From an uncultured Clostridia bacterium (lineage in GTDB: Bacteria; Bacillota; Clostridia; Christensenellales; UBA1242), in assembly GCA_944383245.1 (NCBI GenBank), contig CALWOU010000004.1, positions 888 to 64,887 on the forward strand: DNA of 64,000 nt, written 5' to 3'. The first letter of the stretch is position 1. Every line of letters begins with the position of its first letter. Positions 50,100 through 59,117 of the stretch are shown piece after piece. The position numbers were made by a program, and so were the translations under genes. The notes beneath the pieces are model-generated. The model was not told where the DNA came from, did no database searches, and saw nothing but the letters and a program-made list of their open reading frames with translations.

Positions 50100-50325
50100 A
50101 TTTTACGTAATTGCGCAATTCCAATATATAAATACGTAAAACTCTCGTTTCCAATTTTTGGAAAATAATGTACATTTTAACAAATTTTGTTTAGTATTTT
50201 TTAATAAAGACAATATTTTCGACAAATTTTCAAAAATATTTGTCGAAAAATGAAAAATAATCGCATAAAAGCGACATTTTGTTTGCAAAAAATATTTAGT
50301 TATGCATTCATTAAAAACCATTATT

Positions 50326-50565
50326 TTACTTTTCATTATTTATTTTTACTTCACCGCAAAGAATATCGTTATACGAATAGGTGTTTATATTTTCTTCCAC
50401 ATTTAAACTTTTAACAGTGAAAACGGATGCATAAACATTTTCAATTCGCGCGCGATACGTACTCACTTTTCTTCGCCCGCGATTAATGTGTAAATCCACA
50501 ACCTGACCTTTTAGTTCCATTATTTTTTGTTTGATATTATCCACAGTGTTTGGCATTTTTTTCAT
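50326..50565 (-). CDS. veg: Veg-family protein
   Basis: NRGRRK...IENVYASVFTV...YSYNDIL. Confidence 0.85.
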   Translation of the reverse strand: MKKMPNTVDNIKQKIMELKGQVVDLHINRGRRKVSTYRARIENVYASVFTVKSLNVEENINTYSYNDILCGEVKINNEK

Positions 50566-50703
50566 AACTTCTTTCCTTTTAAAATACTTTTATTCTTAAT
50601 TTTCAACTCATAGATGAGTATAATAAAAATTAAAATAAAAAATATTCTCTCTGCATTATTTTTTACATTTAGAGAGAATATTAGTCATATTCGACAAATA
50701 TAG

Positions 50704-51534
50704 TTAAATTTTTCCAAACACTTTTTCTTCCAACACGTCGTGCATTAAAGTGGTTTTAAAATCTTTAAACACTTGGTCAACCTCATAATCTTTTTCAAGC
50801 ATTAAATAAATTTTATTCACGTCTTCATCTGACATTTTGCTTGCTTTTATCGCAAAATTTATAAAGGCTTTTTTCCTTCGTTCAGAGTTTAATTTTCTAT
50901 CAAACAATTTTCTTACAATCCTTACAAAAGACATTCTTTTTATTAACGGCAAATCGTGGATTGCGCGCTCAGTATCATATGCGCCAAATTTAAAAATGTA
51001 TCCTTCAATTGCCGCCATCATTAAATCCCTATCGTTATCATTATAGTCATTAACTAGATTATTAACAAGTGTTGCGCCATTGGAATTTCTTATGCATTCA
51101 TAAAACACAAAGATATGAGGAGTTATACTTTTTTTGGAATTTATTTTCCTTTTTACACTATTAAACCAAGGTAAATTGTAATTGTAATCTTCGCTAGTGT
51201 CATAGTTTGCTTTAAAAATGTGATAATTGCTAAAAACACAACCTTTTTCGTCTATAACAAAAGTGTTGTAATCATAATAGGCATTATAAAATTTAAAATT
51301 TTTAGTGTCGTACACAACAAAAGCAAGGTCTCTATCATTTGTTTTAAATCCAAACAAATAAATATGGTTTTGCCCAACCACTCTACCTAAAATAGGTTGC
51401 AAATTTTTATCTATAATTATTCCTAAATCTCCGTTATATTCGCTAAGCGAAAAAGTTATGTTTCCCGCTTCACCAAATAGCGGAAATTCAGATAATATTG
51501 TTACGTTGTGCGTGTTTATATTTTTGTTTTCCAT
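50704..51534 (-). CDS. Hypothetical protein
   Basis: 276-aa ORF with coding-like composition; no recognised motif. Confidence 0.7.
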   Translation of the reverse strand: MENKNINTHNVTILSEFPLFGEAGNITFSLSEYNGDLGIIIDKNLQPILGRVVGQNHIYLFGFKTNDRDLAFVVYDTKNFKFYNAYYDYNTFVIDEKGCVFSNYHIFKANYDTSEDYNYNLPWFNSVKRKINSKKSITPHIFVFYECIRNSNGATLVNNLVNDYNDNDRDLMMAAIEGYIFKFGAYDTERAIHDLPLIKRMSFVRIVRKLFDRKLNSERRKKAFINFAIKASKMSDEDVNKIYLMLEKDYEVDQVFKDFKTTLMHDVLEEKVFGKI

Positions 51535-51619
51535 AACTTAATGATAAACTAAAAATGTCAATTTGTCAATACCAAATTTTAACTTTATTTTGTTGTACAA
51601 TTAATTGTGTTGTTTTAAT

Positions 51620-52297
51620 TTAACCCTCACATTTAATGCAAACTGACGCACTTATTTCTATATCTTGTGAAAAGTTTTCTTGCATAACACTTTCTGCTTT
51701 CATATATTTTGTTGGCAAGTAAAATCTAGATTCCTCCTCGACCTCTAAAACGATAACACTCTCTGTTTCAAGAAGAATTTTTGCATTTTCAATTGCGTTT
51801 TGTTTTGCTTTTACTAAGCAATCTAAATACACTTCATCCGCGTTAGATAGTTTTAAATTTATATAACTAATGCACGCATCGTTTGAAGATATTGTACTAA
51901 TAATTTCATCTAAATTTTCAAGATTATCTAAGGAAATTACACAATTTAAAACCGCATAGTAACCAACAATTTGTTTATCTAAAGAATAGTCTATATTTGG
52001 ATTGGTATAAAAACTATCTATTTTAATTTCGTAATTGTTTAAATTGTTTTTTAACGCGCTAAACTTAACAAAACTTTTTTCTTTTGCCAAACTTAAATCG
52101 GTGTCTGCTGACTCTACGCGAACAAATATATCCGCACTATCCGCTTTGATACTCTCAGTGCAATTTCCGTAGACTGATGCCTCTATTTTTTCGCTAGATA
52201 TTGCGTAAGACGTTGTGGTTTTAGGTTGAATAAAAGCGCAAGCCAAGATTAGGCAAAACACAGCCAAAAAACAAACAATTTTAATTGATTTTTTCAT
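51620..52297 (-). CDS. SIMPL (DUF541)-like secreted protein
   Basis: Signal peptide, V.G.......D.A pattern, AKQNAIENAK, I.ASV C-terminus; AGGAG RBS. Confidence 0.65.
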   Translation of the reverse strand: MKKSIKIVCFLAVFCLILACAFIQPKTTTSYAISSEKIEASVYGNCTESIKADSADIFVRVESADTDLSLAKEKSFVKFSALKNNLNNYEIKIDSFYTNPNIDYSLDKQIVGYYAVLNCVISLDNLENLDEIISTISSNDACISYINLKLSNADEVYLDCLVKAKQNAIENAKILLETESVIVLEVEEESRFYLPTKYMKAESVMQENFSQDIEISASVCIKCEG

Positions 52298-52521
52298 AAT
52301 AACTCCTATGCTAGTTTGCGCAAATTTTTAATAAAAATAAGTGTGTTACAAAATAAGTTTGTAAGTCCTAAATAAATCAATTTTTTTAAAAATTTGTATA
52401 TTTTTTTATCTTTTTCAACAAATTTTTTATTCCTTTTTATTTTGCTTTACAAAATTTTTGCCTTGTTTTATAATATTCTTAAACTCATTATAAGTTTTAA
52501 AATTTATAATGAAAATATATA

Positions 52522-52797
52522 ATGAAAGTAAAAGGGAGAAGCATTTTGATAGAGTTTAGATACGACACACAACTTTTAATAGAAGGAAAAAATTTAGATG
52601 AAGATAAAATTAGAGATTATTTTTTAAATAATTTCAAAGGCGACTGCTTAATTGCTGTTGGCGATAGCGAACTAATTAAAATTCATTTCCACACAAACGA
52701 ACCTTGGCAAGTGCTAGAATACTGCGCAAGCCTTGGCGAAATTTACGACATCGTGGTCGAGGATATGGACCGACAATCACGCGGATTGAAAGGTTAA
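52522..52797 (+). CDS. Small stand-alone homologue of the DAK2/FakA middle domain
   Basis: YDTQLLI...GDCLIAVGDSELIKIHFHTNEPWQVLEY...G.I.DI.VEDM. Confidence 0.8.
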   Translation: MKVKGRSILIEFRYDTQLLIEGKNLDEDKIRDYFLNNFKGDCLIAVGDSELIKIHFHTNEPWQVLEYCASLGEIYDIVVEDMDRQSRGLKG

Positions 52798-52915
52798 AAA
52801 TTACCAATAAAAATAATTTAAATTTGCATTTCAATTGTTGCACTAAATATATAAAACTAAAAACATACAGCAACTACTATGTTGTAGTTTTTAAAAATAG
52901 TAAGGAGAAAAATTT

Positions 52916-53314
52916 ATGAAAAATGTTAAATTTTATATTTGTGAAAATTGTGGTCAAGTTATTGTAAAGGTTAAGGATACCACCGTGCCTGTGGTTTGTT
53001 GTGGTAAACCTATGAAAGAAATTGTCGCAAACAAAACAGACGCCGCTCAAGAAAAGCATGTGCCGGTTGTAAATATCAATGGAAAAGATGTTGAAGTTCG
53101 CGTTGGTTCAACTCTTCACCCAATGACCGAGGAGCACTACATCTCACACTTCATACTTGGAACAAATAAAGCCGTTCGCGAGATAAAGATAGTCGACCCG
53201 ACAAAGCAGCCTGAACCGGTAGTTCATTTTACCTTAGACGAAGGCGAAGTTGTTAAAAACGCGTATGCATATTGCAACCTCCACTCACTTTGGAAAACTG
53301 AAGTTAATAAATAG
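52916..53314 (+). CDS. Desulfoferrodoxin-type superoxide reductase
   Basis: CENCG...VVCCG, EKHVP, HPMTEEH, YCNLHSLW. Confidence 0.92.
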   Translation: MKNVKFYICENCGQVIVKVKDTTVPVVCCGKPMKEIVANKTDAAQEKHVPVVNINGKDVEVRVGSTLHPMTEEHYISHFILGTNKAVREIKIVDPTKQPEPVVHFTLDEGEVVKNAYAYCNLHSLWKTEVNK

Positions 53315-53336
53315 TGTTATTAATAAATCGTTTAAT

Positions 53337-53371
53337 AAAAAAGGACTTATCTTTTGCAAAAGTCCTTTTTT
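53337..53371. terminator. Bidirectional terminator between convergent genes
   Basis: AAAAAAGGACTT/AAGTCCTTTTTT. Confidence 0.7.
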
Positions 53372-53462
53372 AAAAATCTTAATATATCTTTTAATTTTTA
53401 CTTATGTTTTTAGCATTTAAAAGTCGTATTTTACTTTAATTTTTTTTATTTTTAAACTATAT

Positions 53463-53996
53463 TTATAGTTGTTTTATTTTAGTTAAATCAAATGTGTAAT
53501 ATTCGTCAGTGCACGGGCAATCATCCCACATATAATCACGCGTTTCTGAGAGCACTCCACCCTGTTTTTGATAAAATTCACGCGCGCTATTATTTTTAAA
53601 TACGGTTAAAACAAATCTTTCTATTCCTTCGTCTTTTAATTTTTTCATTGCAGTAGCAAATAATTTTGAACCAATACTCATATGCTGACATTCTTTTAAA
53701 ACATAAATATTGCCAATTTCTCCATAACCTAAATATTTTTCATCGTCTGATTCAATATAACAGTCAACCACACCCACAACTTTTTCATTAACCGTTGCAA
53801 CAAACACAAACGCGTCCTTTGTGTTAGGCGCTGTTTTCCAATTTTCAATTCGTTTTGCACGTTCTTTTTCTTTCTTTTTGAGTATTTTATCCGTTAAAAT
53901 ATGTGAGTAGGTTGAGCGCCAAGTTTTTTCTAAAACATCCACAATAGGTTCTGCGTCCTCAACTTTCATTGGTCTAATCTCAATTTTTTCTTTCAT
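53463..53996 (-). CDS. GNAT-family N-acetyltransferase
   Basis: IYVLKECQHMSIGSKL motif A, N.SAREFYQKQGG. Confidence 0.88.
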   Translation of the reverse strand: MKEKIEIRPMKVEDAEPIVDVLEKTWRSTYSHILTDKILKKKEKERAKRIENWKTAPNTKDAFVFVATVNEKVVGVVDCYIESDDEKYLGYGEIGNIYVLKECQHMSIGSKLFATAMKKLKDEGIERFVLTVFKNNSAREFYQKQGGVLSETRDYMWDDCPCTDEYYTFDLTKIKQL

Positions 53997-54153
53997 AATT
54001 CTCCTAAATTTGTTTTTATTATATTAAATTAATTGAAGTTTTGTCAAATTATATGTATGTTGTTTGTTATTAGCTTCATAAATAAAAATTAAACTAAAAA
54101 ACTCAAATGTTTTGTTAAATTTTTAGTTTTGACAAAAATCTCATTTTTTATTA

Positions 54154-54182
54154 TTGACAATTTGTCTTTATTTTGTTATTAT
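54154..54182 (+). promoter_or_regulatory. Sigma-A promoter of the rpmH operon
   Basis: TTGACA-17 bp-TATTAT with TG extended -10. Confidence 0.6.
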
Positions 54183-54249
54183 AGACTTGTATATTTATTA
54201 ATTATACGCAAAATGAGCATATAATTAAAATTCATTAAAAGGAGAACTT

Positions 54250-54384
54250 ATGAAACAGACTTATCAACCTAAGAAAAAACAAAGAAAAAAAGTTCACGGA
54301 TTTAGAGCAAGAATGAAAACTTTGTCTGGCAGAAAGGTTTTAAAGAGACGCAGAAACAAAGGCAAAAAAGAACTTACTAAATAA
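54250..54384 (+). CDS. rpmH: 50S ribosomal protein L34 (not in ORF track)
   Basis: [44 protein letters not shown]; AAGGAG RBS. Confidence 0.97.
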   Translation: MKQTYQPKKKQRKKVHGFRARMKTLSGRKVLKRRRNKGKKELTK

Positions 54385-54398
54385 CATATGGGTAGTTT

Positions 54399-54740
54399 AT
54401 GCTAAGCAAAATTAATCGATTAAAAAAGAAAAAAGAGTTCAATTATATATACAAACGTGGAGAGGTGTTTCATTCTAGCAGTTTTACAATGCACGTTGTT
54501 CGCTCATACAAACGTTTTCCGCAAATTGGAATATCGGTTAGTAAGGCGGTTGGCAACAGTGTTGTGAGAAGCAGAGTGAAACGCATTTTTTCAGAAGCGT
54601 GCAGATTAAATATTGATAAATTCGCAATTAAAAATTATGTTATCACACCAAAACAAGCGAGTGCAGATAAAACTTCAACCGAAATCGCGCGCGAACTTAT
54701 CCACGTTTTAAAGAAAAACGGGCTTTATAGAGATGTTTAA
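54399..54740 (+). CDS. rnpA: Ribonuclease P protein component
   Basis: RLKKKKEF, GISVSKAVGNSVVRSRVKR. Confidence 0.95.
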   Translation: MLSKINRLKKKKEFNYIYKRGEVFHSSSFTMHVVRSYKRFPQIGISVSKAVGNSVVRSRVKRIFSEACRLNIDKFAIKNYVITPKQASADKTSTEIARELIHVLKKNGLYRDV

Positions 54741-55008
54741 GTTCATCTACATTTTAACCTACCCTCTCACTCTAATTGAACTTTTATTAATTGAAATTTA
54801 TCGCATATTTATTCGCCACTTATTAGGAAAATCTTGCAGATTTATTCCGAGTTGTAGCACGTATGCAAAGTATAGTTTAATCGAGTTTGGTTTTATGCTT
54901 GGTAATTATTATGCGTTCAAGCGCTTAATTAGGTGCAATCCTAAAAACAGCGGTGGATATGATTTTGTAAAATTAAATTTATTAGGGAATTATAAATGGA
55001 AATGTTAA
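54733..55008 (+). CDS. yidD: Membrane protein insertion efficiency factor
   Basis: CRFIPSCS.Y...RLIRCNP...GGYD. Confidence 0.9.
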   Translation: MFKFIYILTYPLTLIELLLIEIYRIFIRHLLGKSCRFIPSCSTYAKYSLIEFGFMLGNYYAFKRLIRCNPKNSGGYDFVKLNLLGNYKWKC

Positions 55009-56033
55009 CAAGTATGACGTTGGCTAGTATGTGGTCAACAATAATCAATGCGTTTGCGGGTTGGATTGTAAACTATGGTTGGGCAATCATAGTTTTTACT
55101 ATCGTTTTGAAACTAATCCTATCTCCTCTAGATATTTTGCAACGCGTTTCAAGCCAAAAACAAGCGCGCGTTATGGGTGCAATGCAACCAGAACTAGATG
55201 AGATTAAGAAAAAGTATGCAAATAATCCTGAAAAAATGAATGCTGAGCAAAACAAATTATATCAAAAATATAATTCTAACCTAAAAGGCGTGTGCTTGCC
55301 AATGCTAATTTCACTTATTGTTACTCTTGTTGTGTTCTTCACGCTTTATTCAAGCATTAGAAGTTTAGGTAATGAAAAACTTTATGAAACGTATAGATCA
55401 CTTGACACAACATACATCGAGGCGAGTGCAAATGTGGAAGAAAGTTGGTCAGAAGATGAAAAAAATGAATATATCGCGCTAGCGGTTCAAGAAAAATATG
55501 ACGAGCAATCGAGAGAAAACAGTTGGCTTTGGGTTAAAAATGTTTGGAAGGCGGACACAAACACAAGTCAATTTGTGGACTTTGAAGATTATTGGAATTA
55601 TCTAGAAAGTAACGAGTTGACCGCTGGTAGCACAAAAGAAGAGGCGCAAGCAAGGCACGAGTTTATTGTTAGCACTATAGTTGGCGATAGCAGTGATAAC
55701 AATGGTTATTTTATTTTGATAATACTTTGCGCACTAGTTAGTTTCTTATCTCAATTTATATCAACAAAACTACTTAACGGCAAAGGTCAAAAGATTAACA
55801 CAATGAATAAAGTTATGATGGCAATTATTCCAATTTCAATGTTGATATTTGCCTATACCTCAAACGTTGTGTTCACTCTGTACATTATAACCAACTCACT
55901 TATGACAACAATTATCTCAACAATAATTTCGCTAATTATGAGGCGTATGAATAAAGGAAAAACAGATAAAGAAATTATTCTAAAAAAGAAAAATGTTGAG
56001 ATTATGGAATATAGCAGGAATTATAAAAAATAA
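54996..56033 (+). CDS. yidC: YidC/Oxa1/SpoIIIJ membrane insertase
   Basis: YGWAIIVFTIVLKLILSPL, MQPELDEIKKKY, GVCLPML, LYIITN; operon context. Confidence 0.92.
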   Translation: MEMLTSMTLASMWSTIINAFAGWIVNYGWAIIVFTIVLKLILSPLDILQRVSSQKQARVMGAMQPELDEIKKKYANNPEKMNAEQNKLYQKYNSNLKGVCLPMLISLIVTLVVFFTLYSSIRSLGNEKLYETYRSLDTTYIEASANVEESWSEDEKNEYIALAVQEKYDEQSRENSWLWVKNVWKADTNTSQFVDFEDYWNYLESNELTAGSTKEEAQARHEFIVSTIVGDSSDNNGYFILIILCALVSFLSQFISTKLLNGKGQKINTMNKVMMAIIPISMLIFAYTSNVVFTLYIITNSLMTTIISTIISLIMRRMNKGKTDKEIILKKKNVEIMEYSRNYKK

Positions 56034-56084
56034 TTAGGTAAATATAAAAAATTTATCGAGATTGCACAATAAATAGGAGGAAAT

Positions 56085-56840
56085 ATGCAAATAGAAGCAA
56101 GCGGAAAAAGTGTTGAAATTGCCATTCAAAATGGTCTACTAGAATGCGGAAAAAAGCGCGAAGAGGTGGAAGTTAAAGTGCTAGACCAAGGCGGATTATT
56201 TAAAAAGGCGCGCGTTGAACTTAGTTGGAAAGAACCAGGCGATGTTGACACTATAGACGAAACAAAAATTGAAAATGTAACCATAAACGAAAGCGAAAAT
56301 GAAAAAGCAAGCGAACAAATTGATGTTTCTGAAAACGTGGAAAAAGAAGAAACTCACGAAGAAAAACCTAAACGCGTTGTGGACACATCTAGGTTGGTTG
56401 AACGTGGAAAAGAGTTTTTATTAGGGCTTGCTCGCATTGTGGATGAAAATGCGAACGTGCAAGCAGAAACTAAAGAAAATGAAATTTCATTTTCAATTAC
56501 AGGCGAAAATTTGGGAAAACTCATCGGCTATCACGGCGACAATATTCAAGCAATCCAAATGCTTCTATCTGGATTAAAATTAAGAAGTGAGTGGCCGGTT
56601 AGAATGTATGTTGATATTGGTGGCTACAAGCAAAATAAAGACCAAGCAGTGATAGATTTAGCTATAAAAACTGCCGACCAAGCAGTTAAAATTGAACGCA
56701 ACATTCATTTAGACCCTATGAATGCCTACACAAGGCGCATTGTTCACACCACCTTGCAATCTCGTGACGACGTAACGACCGAATCAACCGGCGAAGGCGA
56801 AAAGCGCCACGTTGTAATTAAACCAATCTTCAAAAAATAA
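56085..56840 (+). CDS. jag: Jag/EloR (KhpB) RNA-binding protein
   Basis: Jag_N (GKSVEIAI), KH (GKLIGYHG), R3H (MNAYTRRIVH); terminator at 56847-56876. Confidence 0.93.
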   Translation: MQIEASGKSVEIAIQNGLLECGKKREEVEVKVLDQGGLFKKARVELSWKEPGDVDTIDETKIENVTINESENEKASEQIDVSENVEKEETHEEKPKRVVDTSRLVERGKEFLLGLARIVDENANVQAETKENEISFSITGENLGKLIGYHGDNIQAIQMLLSGLKLRSEWPVRMYVDIGGYKQNKDQAVIDLAIKTADQAVKIERNIHLDPMNAYTRRIVHTTLQSRDDVTTESTGEGEKRHVVIKPIFKK

Positions 56841-57010
56841 ACACACAAAAAACGGACTACTTTAAGTCCGTTTTTTACTAAACATTATTGATTTTAATTT
56901 TTTTTATGCTTTGCAAATAAAGTACTTTAACTTATCGCAAAATGATTTAATATTAGTTTTTATTGTATAGTAAACATTTCATAAAAGAAAAACTAAAAAT
57001 TTCTTTTGAA

Positions 57011-57547
57011 TTAATCGTCATCATCCTCATCGTCATCGTCCGAATCGTCGTCATCTTCATCTTCATCGTCAAAATCATCATCGTCATCCGAATCATCGTC
57101 TTCGTCATCATCATCTATTTCATCTAAGTCAAGGTCATCGTTGTCTTCATCTAAATCTTTATCTAAATCGTCATCAAAACCAAAGTCGTCAACAATTCCG
57201 GTTGTGTCCTCATCGTCATCAATTTCTTCGTATTCCTCTTCATCGTCATCGTCATCCGTATCATCGTCAGCAATATATTTGTGCCAATCTGCCACTTCCT
57301 TATCTTCATCCTCTTCACTTGCAACTATTCCTAACTCTTGCTTGCAACTATCACAAATTTCTTGATCGTTTTGCACAAAGTTGATCTTGCAAATTGGGCA
57401 AAGTTCAAGGTCTCCAATATCATCCTCGCTCGCTTCAATAAGTTTCATTTCCTTTTTGCACACGTTGCAATATTGGTCGCTCTTTTTTATATAATTTAAT
57501 TCACATCTTGGGCAAAGTATCCATACAGGTTTTGTTGATTTAGCCAT
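57011..57547 (-). CDS. Double Cys4 Zn-finger protein with a long Asp/Glu-rich tail
   Basis: LCPRCELN...CNVC and LCPICKIN...CDSC, then ~100 aa mostly D/E; AAGGAG RBS. Confidence 0.85.
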   Translation of the reverse strand: MAKSTKPVWILCPRCELNYIKKSDQYCNVCKKEMKLIEASEDDIGDLELCPICKINFVQNDQEICDSCKQELGIVASEEDEDKEVADWHKYIADDDTDDDDDEEEYEEIDDDEDTTGIVDDFGFDDDLDKDLDEDNDDLDLDEIDDDDEDDDSDDDDDFDDEDEDDDDSDDDDEDDDD

Positions 57548-57898
57548 AAACACCATCTCCTTATATAAATGAAATTTTATTTAAAAACTAAAGATAATAG
57601 ACCTTTAATTTTCACTTAGTATATTATAATTATCCGTTAACAATTTGTCTACTAAATTTTACATAAATTTAAAAATTTATTTTCACTTTTTTATTACAAT
57701 ATACACATAAATCCCAAAATTATACACACAAAAAAAACTTATTAAACACAATTATTAATAAACTTACATAAAGATAATGAAAAAAATTGGTAAAAGTACC
57801 ACTTTTTTTCAATAGAGATAGAAAATGTGTGAAAAGATAGAAACTAGAATGAATGTTTAACTTTAAAAAAGATGAAGTTTAATAATTTTGCAAAAAAT

Positions 57899-57934
57899 TG
57901 TCGAAAAAGAACGAAAAAATGTTGTGTTTCGACA
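57899..57934. promoter_or_regulatory. Pair of inverted Spo0A (0A) boxes
   Basis: TGTCGAA (57899-57905) and TTCGACA (57928-57934) match the TGNCGAA consensus. Confidence 0.5.
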
Positions 57935-57958
57935 AATTCTGTAATTTAAAAAAATTCG

Positions 57959-58702
57959 TTACGCGCCCTCGATAAGCATTTTATCTGCAACAAGGGCTAT
58001 AAATTCACCATTTGTAGGTTTTTCGTTGCTTGAATACACTTTAATTCCAAACAGATTGTTTATATTTTCAATTTTTCCTCTGTTCCAAGCAACTTCAATT
58101 GCGTGACGAATTGCTCGCTCAACTTTTGATGCACTTGTGGAATATTTTTCTGCAATTGTAGGATACAATTTTTTAGTGATTGAATTTATAATTTCTGGAT
58201 TTGCGATGGCAAGTTTTATTGCCTCTCTTAAGAACTGATAACCTTTAATGTGAGCTGGAATGCCAACTGTAATAAATATGTTTGTGATTTTCTCTTCAAT
58301 TTGGTTAGATTTTCCGTTATAGGCTTTTCCTCCCGTTGAATTTTGCCCCATAATGTCATTAATTCTATCCAATAGAGTTTCAAAATCAAAAGGTTTAATG
58401 CAATAGTAACTTGCGCCCAACGATATGGCTTTATTTATAAATCCATCAATTGATAAACTTGATTGAATAATTATTTTTGTTTTAGTTAGGTTTGAATTTT
58501 CTAGCACCTTAAATCCGTCCGAACCTTCTAGCACAATGTCCATAACAACAAGGTCTGGTTGGTGCTTATTTATTAGTTCAATCAATTCATCACCATTTTT
58601 TGTTGTGGCAACAACAACGCATCCAATACTTTTAAAATTTTTATCTAAACTGTCAATTAATTGACTGTCTTCATCTGCTAGTATGATTTTTAAATTTTTC
58701 AT
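57959..58702 (-). CDS. spo0A: Sporulation master regulator
   Basis: Receiver domain (LVVMDIVL, IKPFD) plus GIPAHIKGYQFLREAI, ITKKLYPTIA, ASKVERAIRHAIEVAWNRG, KPTNGEFIALVAD. Confidence 0.97.
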   Translation of the reverse strand: MKNLKIILADEDSQLIDSLDKNFKSIGCVVVATTKNGDELIELINKHQPDLVVMDIVLEGSDGFKVLENSNLTKTKIIIQSSLSIDGFINKAISLGASYYCIKPFDFETLLDRINDIMGQNSTGGKAYNGKSNQIEEKITNIFITVGIPAHIKGYQFLREAIKLAIANPEIINSITKKLYPTIAEKYSTSASKVERAIRHAIEVAWNRGKIENINNLFGIKVYSSNEKPTNGEFIALVADKMLIEGA

Positions 58703-58828
58703 TTTTACCCCCATACTTTTAAGTGATTAACACGATTATATTTTAGCAAAAAATAGTAGGTTTTTAAAAGATTTTATGTGATAAAAATTGTATGTTTTAA
58801 TCGATTATTAGGTTATAAAAAGATAAAA

Positions 58829-58835
58829 TGTCGAA
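58829..58835 (+). promoter_or_regulatory. 0A box upstream of spo0A
   Basis: TGTCGAA ~130 bp upstream of the spo0A start, consistent with known spo0A autoregulation. Confidence 0.5.
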
Positions 58836-59117
58836 AACGTTGCAAAAGTTTGTTCAACTTAACTTTTTTAATCAAAATTACACTAATTTATGTTAAATTT
58901 AAGTTTATTTGTTGAATTATAAAACTATTAAATTATGGAGTTATCTAAGATTTTGTTTGTATCGCCGTAGAAATTTAATAGTAAAATTAATGTCAATTCA
59001 AATGTGTTTCTAATATTTTTTCATAAATTGAAATTTAAAATAATAAACTATTATGGTTTTTTAAAAAATAATCATAATTTTTTGATTTATTTTATAGATT
59101 AGTAAAAAGGAGGCTAT

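Noticed and set aside
57011-57300. TCA/TCG trinucleotide-like low-complexity tract as a DNA repeat element
   Set aside because: Fully explained by the poly-Asp/Glu coding tail
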